A DNA stretch of 64,000 bases, from NCBI RefSeq assembly GCF_006345805.1, contig NC_043000.1:141608001-141672000 (forward strand), given 5' to 3'. The stretch's first letter is position 1; each line of letters begins with the position of its first letter. The notes under the pieces were generated by a model. That model ran no database searches. It was not told the origin of the DNA and was given only the letters and a program-made list of their open reading frames with translations. The DNA is from Octopus sinensis (taxonomy: Eukaryota). Positions 12,520 through 25,337 of the stretch are shown piece by piece. The position numbers and the translations under genes are program-made.

Positions 12520-13272
12520 TATAACATATAGAGAGAAAGAAAGAGAGAGATACATACATACATATACATACATATACACACATATATACAAGCTTGTAAG
12601 TATATGTGCCTGTATGCAGCTGTAAATGCCAATGTCAATATATGAATGTATATATATGTGTGTGTATGTGAGTGTGTGGATACACATAGACATACACGTA
12701 TATGTATATACAAACGCATGCACGCTCATACAATCACACCCAAACACGCACACGTGCACCTGTGTTTATGTGCAACGTGTGCAATTTTACGCATATATAA
12801 ATATAAATGTATGCGTGCATATCTGGTATGTATATATCATTAATTAAAACGTTATATCCTTAATAAGCTAAGTGTCAATGTACTATAAATCACTGCAAGT
12901 TTGGAACGAACATTAAATCAACTGTGTCTCCCATTTCGTCAATTTGTTTTTCTTTTTTTTTTTTGGCCTTTTGTGAAATTATTATCACTATAGAATTTAG
13001 GGCAACACCTGCAACCTATGAAATAAATTTTATAAGTTTCTAATAGAAATTTTCTTCTTTTTTCCCTTTTTTTTTTGCCTTTTCAGAAAGCTCATGTGAG
13101 CTGGAGTAAATGACACTACTAAACAAAACTAAGGGCAATTTCTGGGAGTTTGTGAAGTGTATCGTGCCTTCCGAGGTCACAGAAGAGTACTTCATGAGTA
13201 TACACGAAAACATATGCACACGCATATATTGATACAGACACACACGCACAAACGCAGACACACACATATATA

Positions 13273-14156
13273 CAGGCTGCGATGGGTAAATTGTCGCAAT
13301 TTTATATATGTTTAATTTCAGCATGCACATTATTTTTGATTTTGTTGACTATACAGTATAGTAGGGTCAGTTGGGTACCATCTGTGAGAAAAACATCACC
13401 ATGACGCAATTCACTTTACCAGAAATGTTGAAATGATATGGTTTACTACTTGGCATTTGTGCAGTAAGATCCAATACGAATATTTCAGAGTGTTTGTGTG
13501 CCAATCTGACGACAAGTGCAAACTTCAGAACATGTATCGAGAGTAATAAAAATCAAACATCCAGTCAACATTATGGTGTTTGGAGTGATCACAAGTGATG
13601 GCGTCGTTAAGCCTCCATCCATCTTCCCACATGACCTCAAACTCAACACGGAGGCCTACAACAAGTGCCTGGAGGAGGTAGTGCTTCCCTGGGACAAGAT
13701 CGTGGCTGCTGGAAGACCCTATGTCTGGCAACTGGCTCTGCACCATGCCACATCAGCAGGAGAAATTAGTCATGGTGGTCAGACAATTTCTGTGACCACA
13801 TCACCCCTAACATGTGCCCATCTAATTCCCTAGACTGCAACATCCTTCATTATTAAGTGTGGGGCGCAGTCCAGCGAGAAACCAACAAAACTCCTTGTAA
13901 CACCAAAGATGAACTGAAGCAAGGATTATGGCAGCATTTATCAAATTAAACAAGAAGACCGTGCAGAAGAGTTGCAGGAGATTCGGAAGTCGTTTGGAGG
14001 CCGTGGTTGAAGCCAATGGCGGTTTTATTGAATAAATCTACTCTTTTGTCTTTCAAGATATTTTAAAGTAATTTTGGTAAATATGTGTTAAAATGAGATG
14101 TCAGTGTTATTTTCATATTGGCGTAATGTAGACGACAGTTTATTCATCGCACCCTG
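13273..14156 (+). mobile_element. Tc1/mariner maT (DD37D-type) transposon, internally deleted
   Basis: TIRs CAGGCTGCGATGGGTAAATTGTCG / CGACAGTTTATTCATCGCACCCTG with TA on both sides; transposase remnant IMVFGVIT..VLPW..YVWQQDSAPCH..(WPP)NSLDCN..VWGAV..EAVVEANGGFIE; reconstructed spacing from the second D fits 37. Confidence 0.85.
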
Positions 14157-14699
14157 TATATATGTATAAAGTAAATAAGTAAGAAGTACGTCCAGGTATC
14201 GGTGCATTACGGCCTGGTGCCACAATTTAAGTACCTAATTCAAGTGACCCTTGCATATATACAAGCTGGACCCGTGAAAACTTCTCGAAAAATATATAAT
14301 ATGTAAACATCTGTATATAGTGGGTTCATTTATAGAAAAGTCATGTATAATTAGGACCCTGAGAAAGTCTACGAAACACAAAAAATGTAAGCATCTTTAA
14401 AACTAACATCGAATTATAGTGCAGAAAACTAAAAGTAGTGTCCAGTATTGGCTAAGGACTCAGTATATAGGATACGGCAATTAATCATATTGTAGGAAAG
14501 CAAAAGTAACATCCAATGTTTGCTGTGGTTATGTATCTGTCTACTCTGAAAATATTGATAAACGTTGAAAAACACAAAATGAACGCCACCTTCCTTTCAG
14601 TCACCACACACACACTCTCTCTCTCGCTCTTTCCCTTTCTCTCACACTCCCTCTTTGTCCTTTCTCTCTCTCTCTTTCTTTGCTGCTTACTTCTGCAAT

Positions 14700-14789
14700 A
14701 CCTCCTTCTGCTGAGCACTTCTTATTTATCTTTTTCTTTTTACCTCTCCATTTAACTGTATAAAGCTAACAGTAGCCTCCACAGCTATC

Positions 14790-14833
<44 letters not shown>

Positions 14834-15223
14834 TTGTGGTAGAGAAAGAGACAGACAGACAGAATAACTGTCAGACAGATAGATAGAAAGGCCACATTTC
14901 TTTTTGCAATTTCCATGTTTTCAACGGCTTTATCATATATTGTCGTAAACGAAAATTTTCCTGCGTTTTTTCTCTGAGAATGGGTTGCATTCTCTTTCAC
15001 TATTATTCTCTATCCATTCCTTCCTTTACTCAGTCTATCTCTACCTCTCACTTCAACTGTAGAAATGTAACAGTAACATCCACAACTATTTGCTGAGAGA
15101 GAGAGGGAGAGAGAGAGAGAGAGAGAGTCAGACACAGAATAACTGACAGACAGACAGAAAGACAGACAGACAGAAAGACAGACATGCAGACAAACAGACA
15201 GACATACAAACAGACAGACATAC

Positions 15224-15305
<82 letters not shown>

Positions 15306-15850
15306 GTTTCTTTATTGGCCACACAGGGCTGCACACAGATGGGACAAGTTACAAGGTAGAGCTTTTTTTGGGGGGGATGAAAAAAACAAAAAACAAAAGA
15401 AACAAAAAGAAAATGAAAAAAAGGGGTGGCGTAGGTTTTCGATCAAGAGGGATCGTAAAAGGGAAGAAAAGAACAAATAAATAAATAAATAAAATAAAAT
15501 AAAAAAATAAAATAAAAATAAAAAAAGAAGAAAAGGAAAAGGAACAAAAGAAAAGAGAAATGAAAAAAGAAGAAAAAAGGGGAAGAGGAAAAAAAAACGA
15601 TCAATAGGGATCGTGTATCACAGTGTTATGATATATGGTGTAAAGGGGAAAGCAAGTAAGGTTTATCCATGGGAAGAAAAGCCTACGAAAAAGACCACGG
15701 TAACCTTGGTCAATATTATATGTTACCACATTTGTTTGCAAGTGGGTAACCCTCTGTTTTCAATTTCTGGGTTCATAGAATTATGCTCAAGGTGGCTTCG
15801 TCATTCATACGTGCCATCCTTGCTACATTCACCCATCTTTTTTTAAAAGA

Positions 15851-15901
<51 letters not shown>

Positions 15902-16070
15902 TATAGATAGATAGATAGATAGATAGATAGGCAAAATTTCTTTTTGCAATTTCCACACTTTCAACGGCTTTATTACATATCGTCGAAAACGAAAAGCTTT
16001 CTAGTGTTTTCTGTTTGAGAATAGGTTGCATTCTCTTTTGCTATTATTCGCTATCCACTCCCTTCCTTAC
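14700..16070. repeat. Local diverged tandem duplication (~330 bp unit), second unit interrupted by a LINE 3' end
   Basis: TTAACTGTA..AACAGTA..CCACA.CTAT.TGCTGAGAGAG at 14752 and 15054; CTTTTTGCAATTTCCA..TTCAACGGCTTTAT..GGTTGCATTCTCTTT at 14900 and 15940. Confidence 0.7.
15303..15846 (-). mobile_element. L1/Tx1-like LINE 3' end embedded in (GATA)n
   Basis: Encodes FKKRWVNVARMARMNDEATLSIIL*; ends GTGGCCAATAAAGAAAC; homologous to 16352-16828; (GATA)n on both sides. Confidence 0.55.
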
Positions 16071-16351
16071 AAATGTACTTTCGTACAATGCAACGGGAAT
16101 GAATTTTGAGTAACTGTTAACATTATTTACTTGAAGGTATGGATGACTTAATTTTAATTTTAACCTCCGCATTCTTCCAAACACCAAGTGGATAGTTAAC
16201 TCGTTTTGTGATCATGAATGCAACAAATCTCACGTGTGCATATGTTGACATTTTGGTGGATTCCTGTATGAGCGAGTTTACTCACGCCATGCAGCTTAAC
16301 CGAAGGCGTTTATATATTCATATTTGTTTATACATCCATATTTCTAATACT

Positions 16352-16828
16352 TTTTCATCAAAATCTTCAAGTATCACTTGAAGAGGAAGGTGAGAGTAGA
16401 GAGGGAAGTTTTGTCTAGTGAATGCTTCAAAAGAAGATGGGTGAATGTAGCAAGGATGGCACGTGAGAATGACGGAGCCAGTTTGAGCATAATCCTATGA
16501 ACCAAAGGAAAAAAACAACGAAAGGGAAAAAGAGACCCACTTAATGTAACGTATTTTCTTTTTGCATGACACTATTGCCCAAGGTTCCCATGGTCTTTCC
16601 ATAGGCTTTTCTATCCACGGACAAACCTAAGCTGTTTTCCCCTTTTACATTGACATTTCTGTGATACACGATCCCTATTGATCGGCCCCAATTCTTTTGT
16701 TTTTTCACGATCCCTTTTGATCGGAATTCCCCACCTTTTTTCCCCTTCCATTCTTCCCAAAAAGAAAAGCTTTACTCTGTATTTTGTCCCTTCTGTGTTT
16801 AGCCCTGCGTGGCCAATAAAGAAATCTA
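16352..16828 (+). mobile_element. L1/Tx1-like LINE 3' end, diverged second copy
   Basis: Encodes KIFKYHLKRKVRVEREVLSSECFKRRWVNVARMARENDGASLSIIL*; 3' UTR ends TTGTCCCTTCTGTGTTTAGCCCTGCGTGGCCAATAAAGAAAT. Clade assignment rests on a short C-terminal motif only. Confidence 0.55.
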
Positions 16829-16894
16829 ATACTTTTCTCACTGTGTTGCCTGTTCGTTTCTCTTTTTGCCATCGGGGATTTTATTTTGATCTAT

Positions 16895-17130
16895 GTAAAT
16901 GAAAATATTTCCACCGTCTGACTGCTTTTCTTTCTACAGAACGAGAAGTTAGATTGCGGAACTGTTATTTTAACGAGTTGTATTTATTTATCACCCTACG
17001 AGATACATCTGCACTGCCGGATGCTCCTGAACGAGTTGTTGCCCCACCCGTGAGGGCTCGAGGCTTGAAGTTTCGAAACAATCGTCGTGATTAATAAACT
17101 CTCGTATATTCCATCTTCCGTCACATATAT
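16895..17130 (+). mobile_element. Short dispersed repeat resembling a PLE 3' terminus (copy 1)
   Basis: Homologous to 40190-40445 (ATTGC.GAA.TGTTATTT..GTTGTAT.TATTTATCACCC..TCTGCAC..CGGATG.TCCTGAA..TCGAAACAATCGT..TGATTAATAAA). Confidence 0.55.
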
Positions 17131-17697
17131 TTTCTTCTACTACTAAGCAATGACCTGTCCAACCACCTAATCTATATTCCTAAATTCTTCATTCCATACA
17201 ACTACCCCTCTCTCTGCCCCATCACTTATACCGTATCACTACATAACTGACACCTCTTTACTCTCTCTCTCTATCACCCTCATCTCCCCATTCCTACTTT
17301 CAAATTATCTTTCTTGACTGACCACTAACTGGTACACTTTCCCTTATAATCTCTCCCCTTATTTTTTTATTTTTTTTATTTTTTCTCTCTTTTCTTTATT
17401 CCTCTCTTCCTGTTTTCGATTTGACCTTACAAATACATTGCCTATTTTTAGGTCACTTTAAATAAAACCCTTGATTCAATAGCACGGTCTACAAACTCTA
17501 TACTTCAAATGACCAATTTTAGATACTATTGGATTTTACTCACAAGTTATTGGAATCTTATATGTATACCATTCTGCTTAAATAATGGATCTACAAATCC
17601 AATATCCCTGCTTATCTCACCTCTATTTTCATTCCTCCACTTAACTCTCTATTTCGTATCTTATCGAAATTAATTATTGCTTAACCATTTTCTCACA

Positions 17698-17747
17698 CTG
17701 TTTCCGATGAAAGGTTATAATAAATATCCTGGAAACAGCTGTAAGAC
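17698..17747 (+). ncRNA. Minimal hammerhead ribozyme, variant core CCGAUGA
   Basis: GTTT-CCGATGA-A-AGG(TTATAATAAATAT)CCT-G-GAAAC-AGCT-GTA-AGAC; stem III is the palindrome ACAGCTGT; follows a pyrimidine-rich region like other PLE 3' ends. Confidence 0.55.
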
Positions 17748-17906
17748 CTTCTATTTCTAAATGTTCTAAAATCTTCACAGCCTTGGTTTTTTATCACATT
17801 ACGAAAACAAATTATATATATACACACACACACACATATATATGTATACGTATATGTACGACGGGCTTCTTTCGGTTTCTGTCTACCATATACATAATAT
17901 ATATAC

Positions 17907-17979
<73 letters not shown>

Positions 17980-18430
17980 AGGAGATAGAGTGCGTAGCGC
18001 ATATGTTTATAAGTATGTGTGTCTATATGTATATATGCATACATTCATACGCAGGAATATGTGTGCGAGCTGAGATGGTGGAAGTACAGTATCAGTAGAG
18101 TCGCGAGAAAAATGTCTTGCCTCGTTCATTCTTTGGAAAAAAAAATTAGTGGCTCTTCCTCAACTGAGCAATTTCGTTGCAATATCTATTTACCGAAATC
18201 GTCATTTATTTTTATTGTCTAATATCATGTTTGGGTCGTTAACGTAGTGTCGTTGTTAATTCATACTTTGTTTTCATTTTACAGGTAGATTTCATTAATA
18301 AATCCAATTGATTACATTCTCCACCTTAACTGCAGTGTATTTGTCTTTAGCAGTTGAAATATGTGACAAACATATTTCAACTAACGTAAATTGTGATTAT
18401 ACGTAAACACTGCTAAGCGCATATATATAG

Positions 18431-18622
18431 TTAATCCAAACAAGAAAGCACAAAAAAACACAACAACGCGAGGACGTGGAACAAATATAGTATTATTGGA
18501 CGCTCAGGAAAGAAGGAGGGTTTAACGTTTCGAGCGGAGCTCTTCGTCGGAAACATAGGAGAAGGAAAGATCCAGAGAAGGGAACGGAGGAAAAAAATCG
18601 CCAACGGTACACATGCGGTCAC
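18431..18622 (-). mobile_element. PLE-type 3' terminal fragment (family 2) with hammerhead
   Basis: Homologous to 51216-51420; ends TTGGATTAAC followed by TA repeats. Confidence 0.7.
18520..18554 (-). ncRNA. Minimal hammerhead ribozyme, variant core CCGACGA
   Basis: GTTT-CCGACGA-A-GAGC(TCC)GCTC-GAAAC-GTT-AAAC. Confidence 0.7.
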
Positions 18623-18659
<37 letters not shown>

Positions 18660-18870
18660 ATATGTATATGTATTCGTGTGCTTGTGTTTGTCCTCCCACC
18701 ATTGCTTCATAACCGATGCTGGTGCGTAACTTAGCGGACCCCGTAACTTAGCGGTTCGGCAAAAAAGCACGATAGAATAAGTACTAAGCTTACAAAGAAT
18801 AAGTCTGGGGACGATGCGTTCGGCTAAAGGTTGTGCTCCAGCATGACCACAGTTGCATAGCTGAAACAAA
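18623..18870 (+). mobile_element. SINE family A 3' half, diverged
   Basis: GTGTTTGTCCTCCCACCATTGCTT..CTTAGCGGTTCGGC..AATAAGTACTAAGCTTACAAAG..CTCCAGCATGACCACAG. Confidence 0.75.
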
Positions 18871-19000
18871 AAAATAATAAGAAAAGAATATATCTAAAGT
18901 GATTTTGTCTTTCAATCGGTTTCGATGTTCCAGAAATTTTTATCGATGTCGAATCATTCAGAAGACATATTCTTACAGATATCAATATGGTAACACTTCT

Positions 19001-19620
19001 GAGGGAGCGAGCTGGCAGAATCGCTAGGAGGACGGGCAAATTACTCAGCGGCATATCGTCTGTATTTATGTTCTTATTTCAAATTCCGCCGATGACGACT
19101 TTGCTTTCATCTTTCGGCGTCGATGAAATAAATACCAGTTCAGCACTGGAGTCGATATAATTGACTTGGTGGAGGCGCAATGGCCCAGTGGTTAGGGCAG
19201 TGGACTCGCGGTCGTAGGATCGCGGTTTCGATTCCCAGACCGGGCGTTGTGAGTGTTTATTGAGCGAAAACACCTAAAAGCTCCACGAGTCTCCAGGCAG
19301 GGATGGTGGTGATCCCTGCTGTACTCTTTCACCACAACTTTCTCTCACTCTTACTTCCTGTTTCTGTTGTACCTGTATTTCAAGGGGCCTGTCTTGTCAC
19401 TCTCTGTGTCACGCTGAATATCCCCGAGAACTACGTTAAGGGTACACGTGCCTGTGGAGAGCTCAGCCACTTACACGTTAATTTCACGAGCAGGCTGTTC
19501 CGTTGATCGGATCAACCGGAACCCTCGTGTCGTAACCGACGGAGTGCTTCCATAATTGACTCATTTCTTCCGCCGAATTTACTGGCCTTCTGCCAAAATT
19601 TAAAATCGCTATTGTAAATT
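19001..19620 (+). mobile_element. SINE family B interrupted by SINE C
   Basis: Head GAGCGAGCTGGCAGAATCG, AAATTCCGCCGA..CTTTCATCTTTCGGCGTCGAT..AATACCAGTT; resumes after 19551. Confidence 0.7.
19167..19551 (+). mobile_element. tRNA-derived SINE family C, tail type 2, with 10-bp TSD
   Basis: A-box TGGCCCAGTGGTTAG, B-box GGTTTCGATTCCC; TSD ATAATTGACT at 19157-19166 and 19552-19561; near-identical inverted copy at 52628-53012. Confidence 0.9.
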
Positions 19621-20020
19621 TCCTGATCTTGGGATACAAATGTTTTGAGAAACTGTAATGAGTGCTAAGACGTTACATGTTTAAAATATACACAGGGAAG
19701 CAATCAAGAATTATTCAGATTAAATTTATTGACCGCAGACCCATTTAATCTAGCCTCAGGTGTTAAGATGGAAATATATTTCAGCGAAATATTTCATAAG
19801 GAAGTATAACAGAACTATAAATTTTTTTCTGGAAATGCGTATTGTAACAGCTTTCAAATATGTTTCATGCATACACGCACGTACACACACACTGTGTGTG
19901 TGCGTACATGTCTCTGCATGTGTGTATGTTTGCGTATGTGTACATAGATATATGATATCAAAAATTAATATGAATACATATGTATGTATATATATATATA
20001 TATATATATATACATGCATA

Positions 20021-20089
<69 letters not shown>

Positions 20090-20619
20090 ATATATATATA
20101 TACATATATATACGCACACATATACATACATACATTATACGAATCAGTGACAGCGTCAGTGATTATTTGTGCCTACAGGCATATATATATGTGTGTGTAT
20201 GTGTGTGCATGTTTGCGCGCGTATATATGTGTGTGTGTGTGTGTGAGTGTATATATGTAATGTCATATACATTTTCCTGTAAGCGCATGATCATGTGTTA
20301 ATGTTCTATGTGAGAAGGCAATGACGTTTTTATAAGACAACTTCGGTTGCGACGCCATGCAATCACATTCTTTCAATAACCAGCCATAACTATTTATTTT
20401 TGTCCAGTTGTGTTTTCTCTTTTTTTTTACATCATTATGAAGGTATCGGACGAAATCAAGTTTGCTTAATGTTGTGTATATACACAGTGCTGTATTTATT
20501 GCTCGACAAAAACCACTTGGAATGCACACATGATCCAGAAACATTACTACATGCATGTAAACACCAACCTATAAAGGCAAGCATGGCATACTCTCACATA
20601 TATTTGTCTCTCTCTCTCC

Positions 20620-20694
<75 letters not shown>

Positions 20695-21005
20695 ATATAT
20701 ATATATATATATACATATATATACATATATACACACACACATATGTGTATATACACACATATATATATGTATATATAGATAGGTAGATAGGTAGATATAA
20801 ACATGTTTGTGTATATCTATCTATCTATATATGTGTATATCCATATATACATACACACACACACACACACACACACATATATGTATATATATATATACGT
20901 GTGCACATATGTATATATTTATATGCATATACATATGTATACATACATATATATATATATACACACACATATATATATATATATATATAATATATATATA
21001 TATAT

Positions 21006-21037
<32 letters not shown>

Positions 21038-21060
21038 GTGTATGTATATAATTATATATA

Positions 21061-21091
<31 letters not shown>

Positions 21092-21439
21092 CATATATAC
21101 ACACACATATGTGTATACACACACATAGATATATGAAGTGATGAATATAAAATCATAGAAGCTAATGTCACGAGGATTGTACTGATAAAATCCTGACTAC
21201 GATGGCGAAGATAACGATGGTTGGGATGGCTCTAGTGGTGGACGCAGTGGTGGTCGTAGCCTTAGTGGTGGCGTTGATGACGGCAGCGGTGATGGTGGTA
21301 GCTGTAGTGGTGCTTATGGTTATGGTACTAGTGGTCCTCGTCGTCGACGTCGGCGTGCTGGTGGTTATGGGAGTGGTAGGCGTGATGAGATGATAGTGAG
21401 GGTGACGGTGCCGATGAGGACGATCATGTGGGAGAGGGG

Positions 21440-21575
21440 ACGAAGATAACGGCTTCGAGGACGACGACGATGATGATGATGATAATGGTGATGATGATGA
21501 TGGGGATGATGATAATGATAATGATGATGATGATGATGGGGATGATGATGATGGGGATGATGATGATGATGGTGG

Positions 21576-21606
<31 letters not shown>

Positions 21607-21672
21607 AGTGATGATGATGATGATGATCATGATGATGATGATGATAGTGATGATGATGATGGTGATGATAAC

Positions 21673-21711
<39 letters not shown>

Positions 21712-21715
21712 GATG

Positions 21716-21746
<31 letters not shown>

Positions 21747-21785
21747 ATATGAAGATGATGATTATGATGATGATGATGATTCATA
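21440..21785. repeat. (GAT)n microsatellite
   Basis: Directly visible; source of the poly-His/Met/Ile ORFs. Confidence 0.95.
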
Positions 21786-22709
21786 ATAATGAAAAAAAAA
21801 AGCACTTCGATGTTGATGTTAAAGTTCAGTAAGCAGAAGGTGAAAATGGATAATATCTATGGGAGCTAAAAGATAATATCTGGAACGTAAAAAGCGAAAA
21901 CTCCAGGAATTTCAATATTATCTGTGGTTCCCATCCGTTCGCACTTACACACCTACACACAACACTCAAACGCATATGAACATATTCATATATTCATATA
22001 AACACACACACACACATATGTAAGTATACATACACACACACATATCTATGTATATGTTCCATACGCCCATACATTAAAACTCACACCTACAGTCTCACAC
22101 TCACACACGTATATATACAGGCAAATGATATATATATATATACGATCAGCCATTTTGTATATATGTGTATATATATATATATTAAAATAAACACACATAT
22201 ATATATTAAAATAAACACACACACACACATATATGTATATATATAGGCAAATGATATATATATATGTATATATACAGGCAAATGATATATATATATATAT
22301 ATATACGATCAGCCATTTTGTAAATAATGTGTATATATATATTATATATATATATATATATATATTCTATATATTTATAGAATACTTGCATGCATTTATA
22401 TAAAAATAAGCACACACACATATATGTATATACATATATTCGCGCGCATAAATATATAAAGAGAGTGAGAGACACAGGTCGGTGGTGGAAGCGAAAGTTC
22501 GTGAAGAATGTTTTCTTTTCTTTACTTAACTATAGTGACTCCTACATACACATATTCAAATTCGGCTTAATATTCGTCTGGAATCTTCCAGTAATTTTTT
22601 TTTCTAAATTTTGTTTGTACTATCTTCTCTCTCGCTATAAACATTTCTTCCTACTCGTGATATATATAGCTACTTACATGGAAGCATGCATACATACATA
22701 TATATATAT

Positions 22710-22771
<62 letters not shown>

Positions 22772-23132
22772 TATATATATATGTATTTATGTATCTATAT
22801 GTGAGAGCACGCTTATGTGTATGTAAACATATTCCTGTGTTGTATTTGCATATACATGTAAAGACACACACGTATGCACACACACACACACAAAAGATAT
22901 ATGTATCTCCATGCATATATCTGTGAGTGGGTATTACTATGTACGTGCATACACAGATGCATCTAAATATATGCCTGGGGTTGTGGGTTCTGTGTAATAT
23001 AGTATGTGTCTACAAATCTATGACAGTTTGTCTACATATATATGCATTTATGCATGCAGCCACGTATACCCACACATACACGCACACACATATACATACA
23101 CACACATATATATATATATACATACATATATA

Positions 23133-23185
<53 letters not shown>

Positions 23186-23193
23186 ATATATAT

Positions 23194-23232
<39 letters not shown>

Positions 23233-23240
23233 GTATGTAT

Positions 23241-23278
<38 letters not shown>

Positions 23279-23540
23279 GCTCACACACATACATGTGTGT
23301 GAATGTGTGTGTGTGTATGTGTGTGTGTGCTTTTTTCGCATTATGCTTGTGTGTTTGCATATATCTTGTTGAATATTTCACGTTTGCATATCTTTTTGTG
23401 TACTTCTTGCTTAAAAAGTCTTAAAACTTTTTTGTATTTGCTTTGTATAGGCCATCTTTCTCTTTATCATATATCCGGTTGTATAGCACTTGTATTTCTT
23501 GCGAACGGTGCATGACACATTACAAATAGTCAAAGCAATG

Positions 23541-23609
<69 letters not shown>

Positions 23610-24450
23610 GTAATAAGGGCGAACAGCATTGTGCATGGAGTATGTATCAAAAGGAAAGCTGCCGATAATTACAAATCAATTTCTTACCTTCTATTTATGT
23701 GTAAGTTACTGTGAGGAAGGTTTGCGGAACAAATGTACAATTTTGTTGATCATAATGACATTTTACGAATGGGACAAAAAGGTAATAGGAGGAAGTGTAG
23801 TGGTGCCAAAGGCCAATTACTGATAGATAAAATGGCGATGCAAGATTGTAAGCGGTGGACAGATTTGGATATGGCCTGGATTGATTAACACAAAGCTTAC
23901 GATATGATTCTACATTCATGGATCATTGAGTGCTTGGATATTTTTGGAACTGCAAGGAATGTTACATGTTTTCTGAAGAGTAGTATAGGGGTTGGTTGCA
24001 TCCTACAAAGCTTGAGCTCACCGAACATCAGGAGAAGGATTTTACAAGGAGACAATTTATCTCCGTCGCTTTTCGTACTTTGCCTCATCCCTCTGACCTT
24101 GGTAATGACGAAATTGAATCTGGGATATCACTGCAAGAAAAATAGAATACAAAGAATCAATCATCTTTTCTTCATGGATGATTTGAAATTGGTGGCAATG
24201 TTAAGGTACAAGTGAGTTAATTGGTGAAAAACTGTCCGCTGTTTTCGTGCTGACCGAAAGATGGAATTTGGACTCAAGAAGTATGGTGAAATGAGTCTGA
24301 AAAGAAGGAAGGTATGGTCCCCAGCAGAGATAGAGTTACCAATTAGGGAAATAATGAAACGAATTGAAAACGGAATGTTATAAGTACGATGGTATACTGT
24401 AATTCATGGAGAATGAAATGAACGAACAGCGGAGGTAGAATATTTCCAAA

Positions 24451-24647
24451 GGGTATCAGGACAAAATTCCCCGAGGACAAAATTGTTATTGTTCCCATGA
24501 ACAATATATTTTTTAATTTGTTTTATAAAATTTCAATTTCATAAAATATTTTTATTGTAAAGAAAGAACAATATTTCAAGGGATATTGATTGCCGTGGAA
24601 TTTTGTCAGGGGAGATTTTGTCAAAGAGGGATTTTGTCCTAGTATCC
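24451..24647. mobile_element. MITE (~197 bp) with TIRs and subterminal GACAAAAT repeats
   Basis: Left GGGTATCAGGACAAAATTCCCCGAGGACAAAAT; right ATTTTGTCAGGGGAGATTTTGTC..ATTTTGTCCTAGTATCC; interrupts Dong coding sequence; no clear TSD. Confidence 0.65.
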
Positions 24648-25337
24648 TTCCGATTCGTATGATTGGTGTTGTGCTCAAAATTGATGAGGTGGAATAAATT
24701 GACTTAGTAAATACATGGTTGAGACATCACTTAGGAATATAGCGGGAATCATAAACTGGCAAAAGAATGACCTATGACCATAGGTAAGAATACATGGACA
24801 TATTTGACATTGCACAGAGAAGTTCATTCCAAGAGTGACATTGAACAATTTTATTTGTTCAGAAGAAAGGGTGGGGAGATTTGATCAGTTGTAAACGGAT
24901 TGTGATGGGAGGAAAACAGTTCAGGATGGCATACAATAATTGCTGTGGAACCATAATTGATGCATGTGAAGAAGACCGGCATAATCAGAAATGACAATTG
25001 TGCTGGGAAAAAAAAATTGAATCTAGAAAAATGCACGAAGAAATAAATGGTATGGAGAAAAATAAGGCACGATTAATTTGCAAAAGAAACGAACGCAAAA
25101 ACATATAAAGAAGACCGGTGGTTTTGGATATGGAGGAGTAATCTGCAAATAGAAACAGAAGCACTTGTATGCGCGTTACAAGGACAAGCATTGCTGGCAA
25201 ATTATGTGAAGTGCAAATTTAATAAAACGAGAGGGAGCGACATGCAGAATGGGTGTTGATAGGGGTTAAGCAGTGTGGGCCATTGATAGGGAATGACTGA
25301 AAATAGTACAACGTGAATGCAAAAGACAACATGATAT

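Noticed and set aside
13060-13230. Strong acceptor (poly-Y CAG at ~13086) followed by MTLLNKTKGNFWEFVKCIVPSEVTEEYF
   Set aside because: All three frames stop soon after the acceptor; no recognisable homology and no partner exons. Needs RNA-seq.
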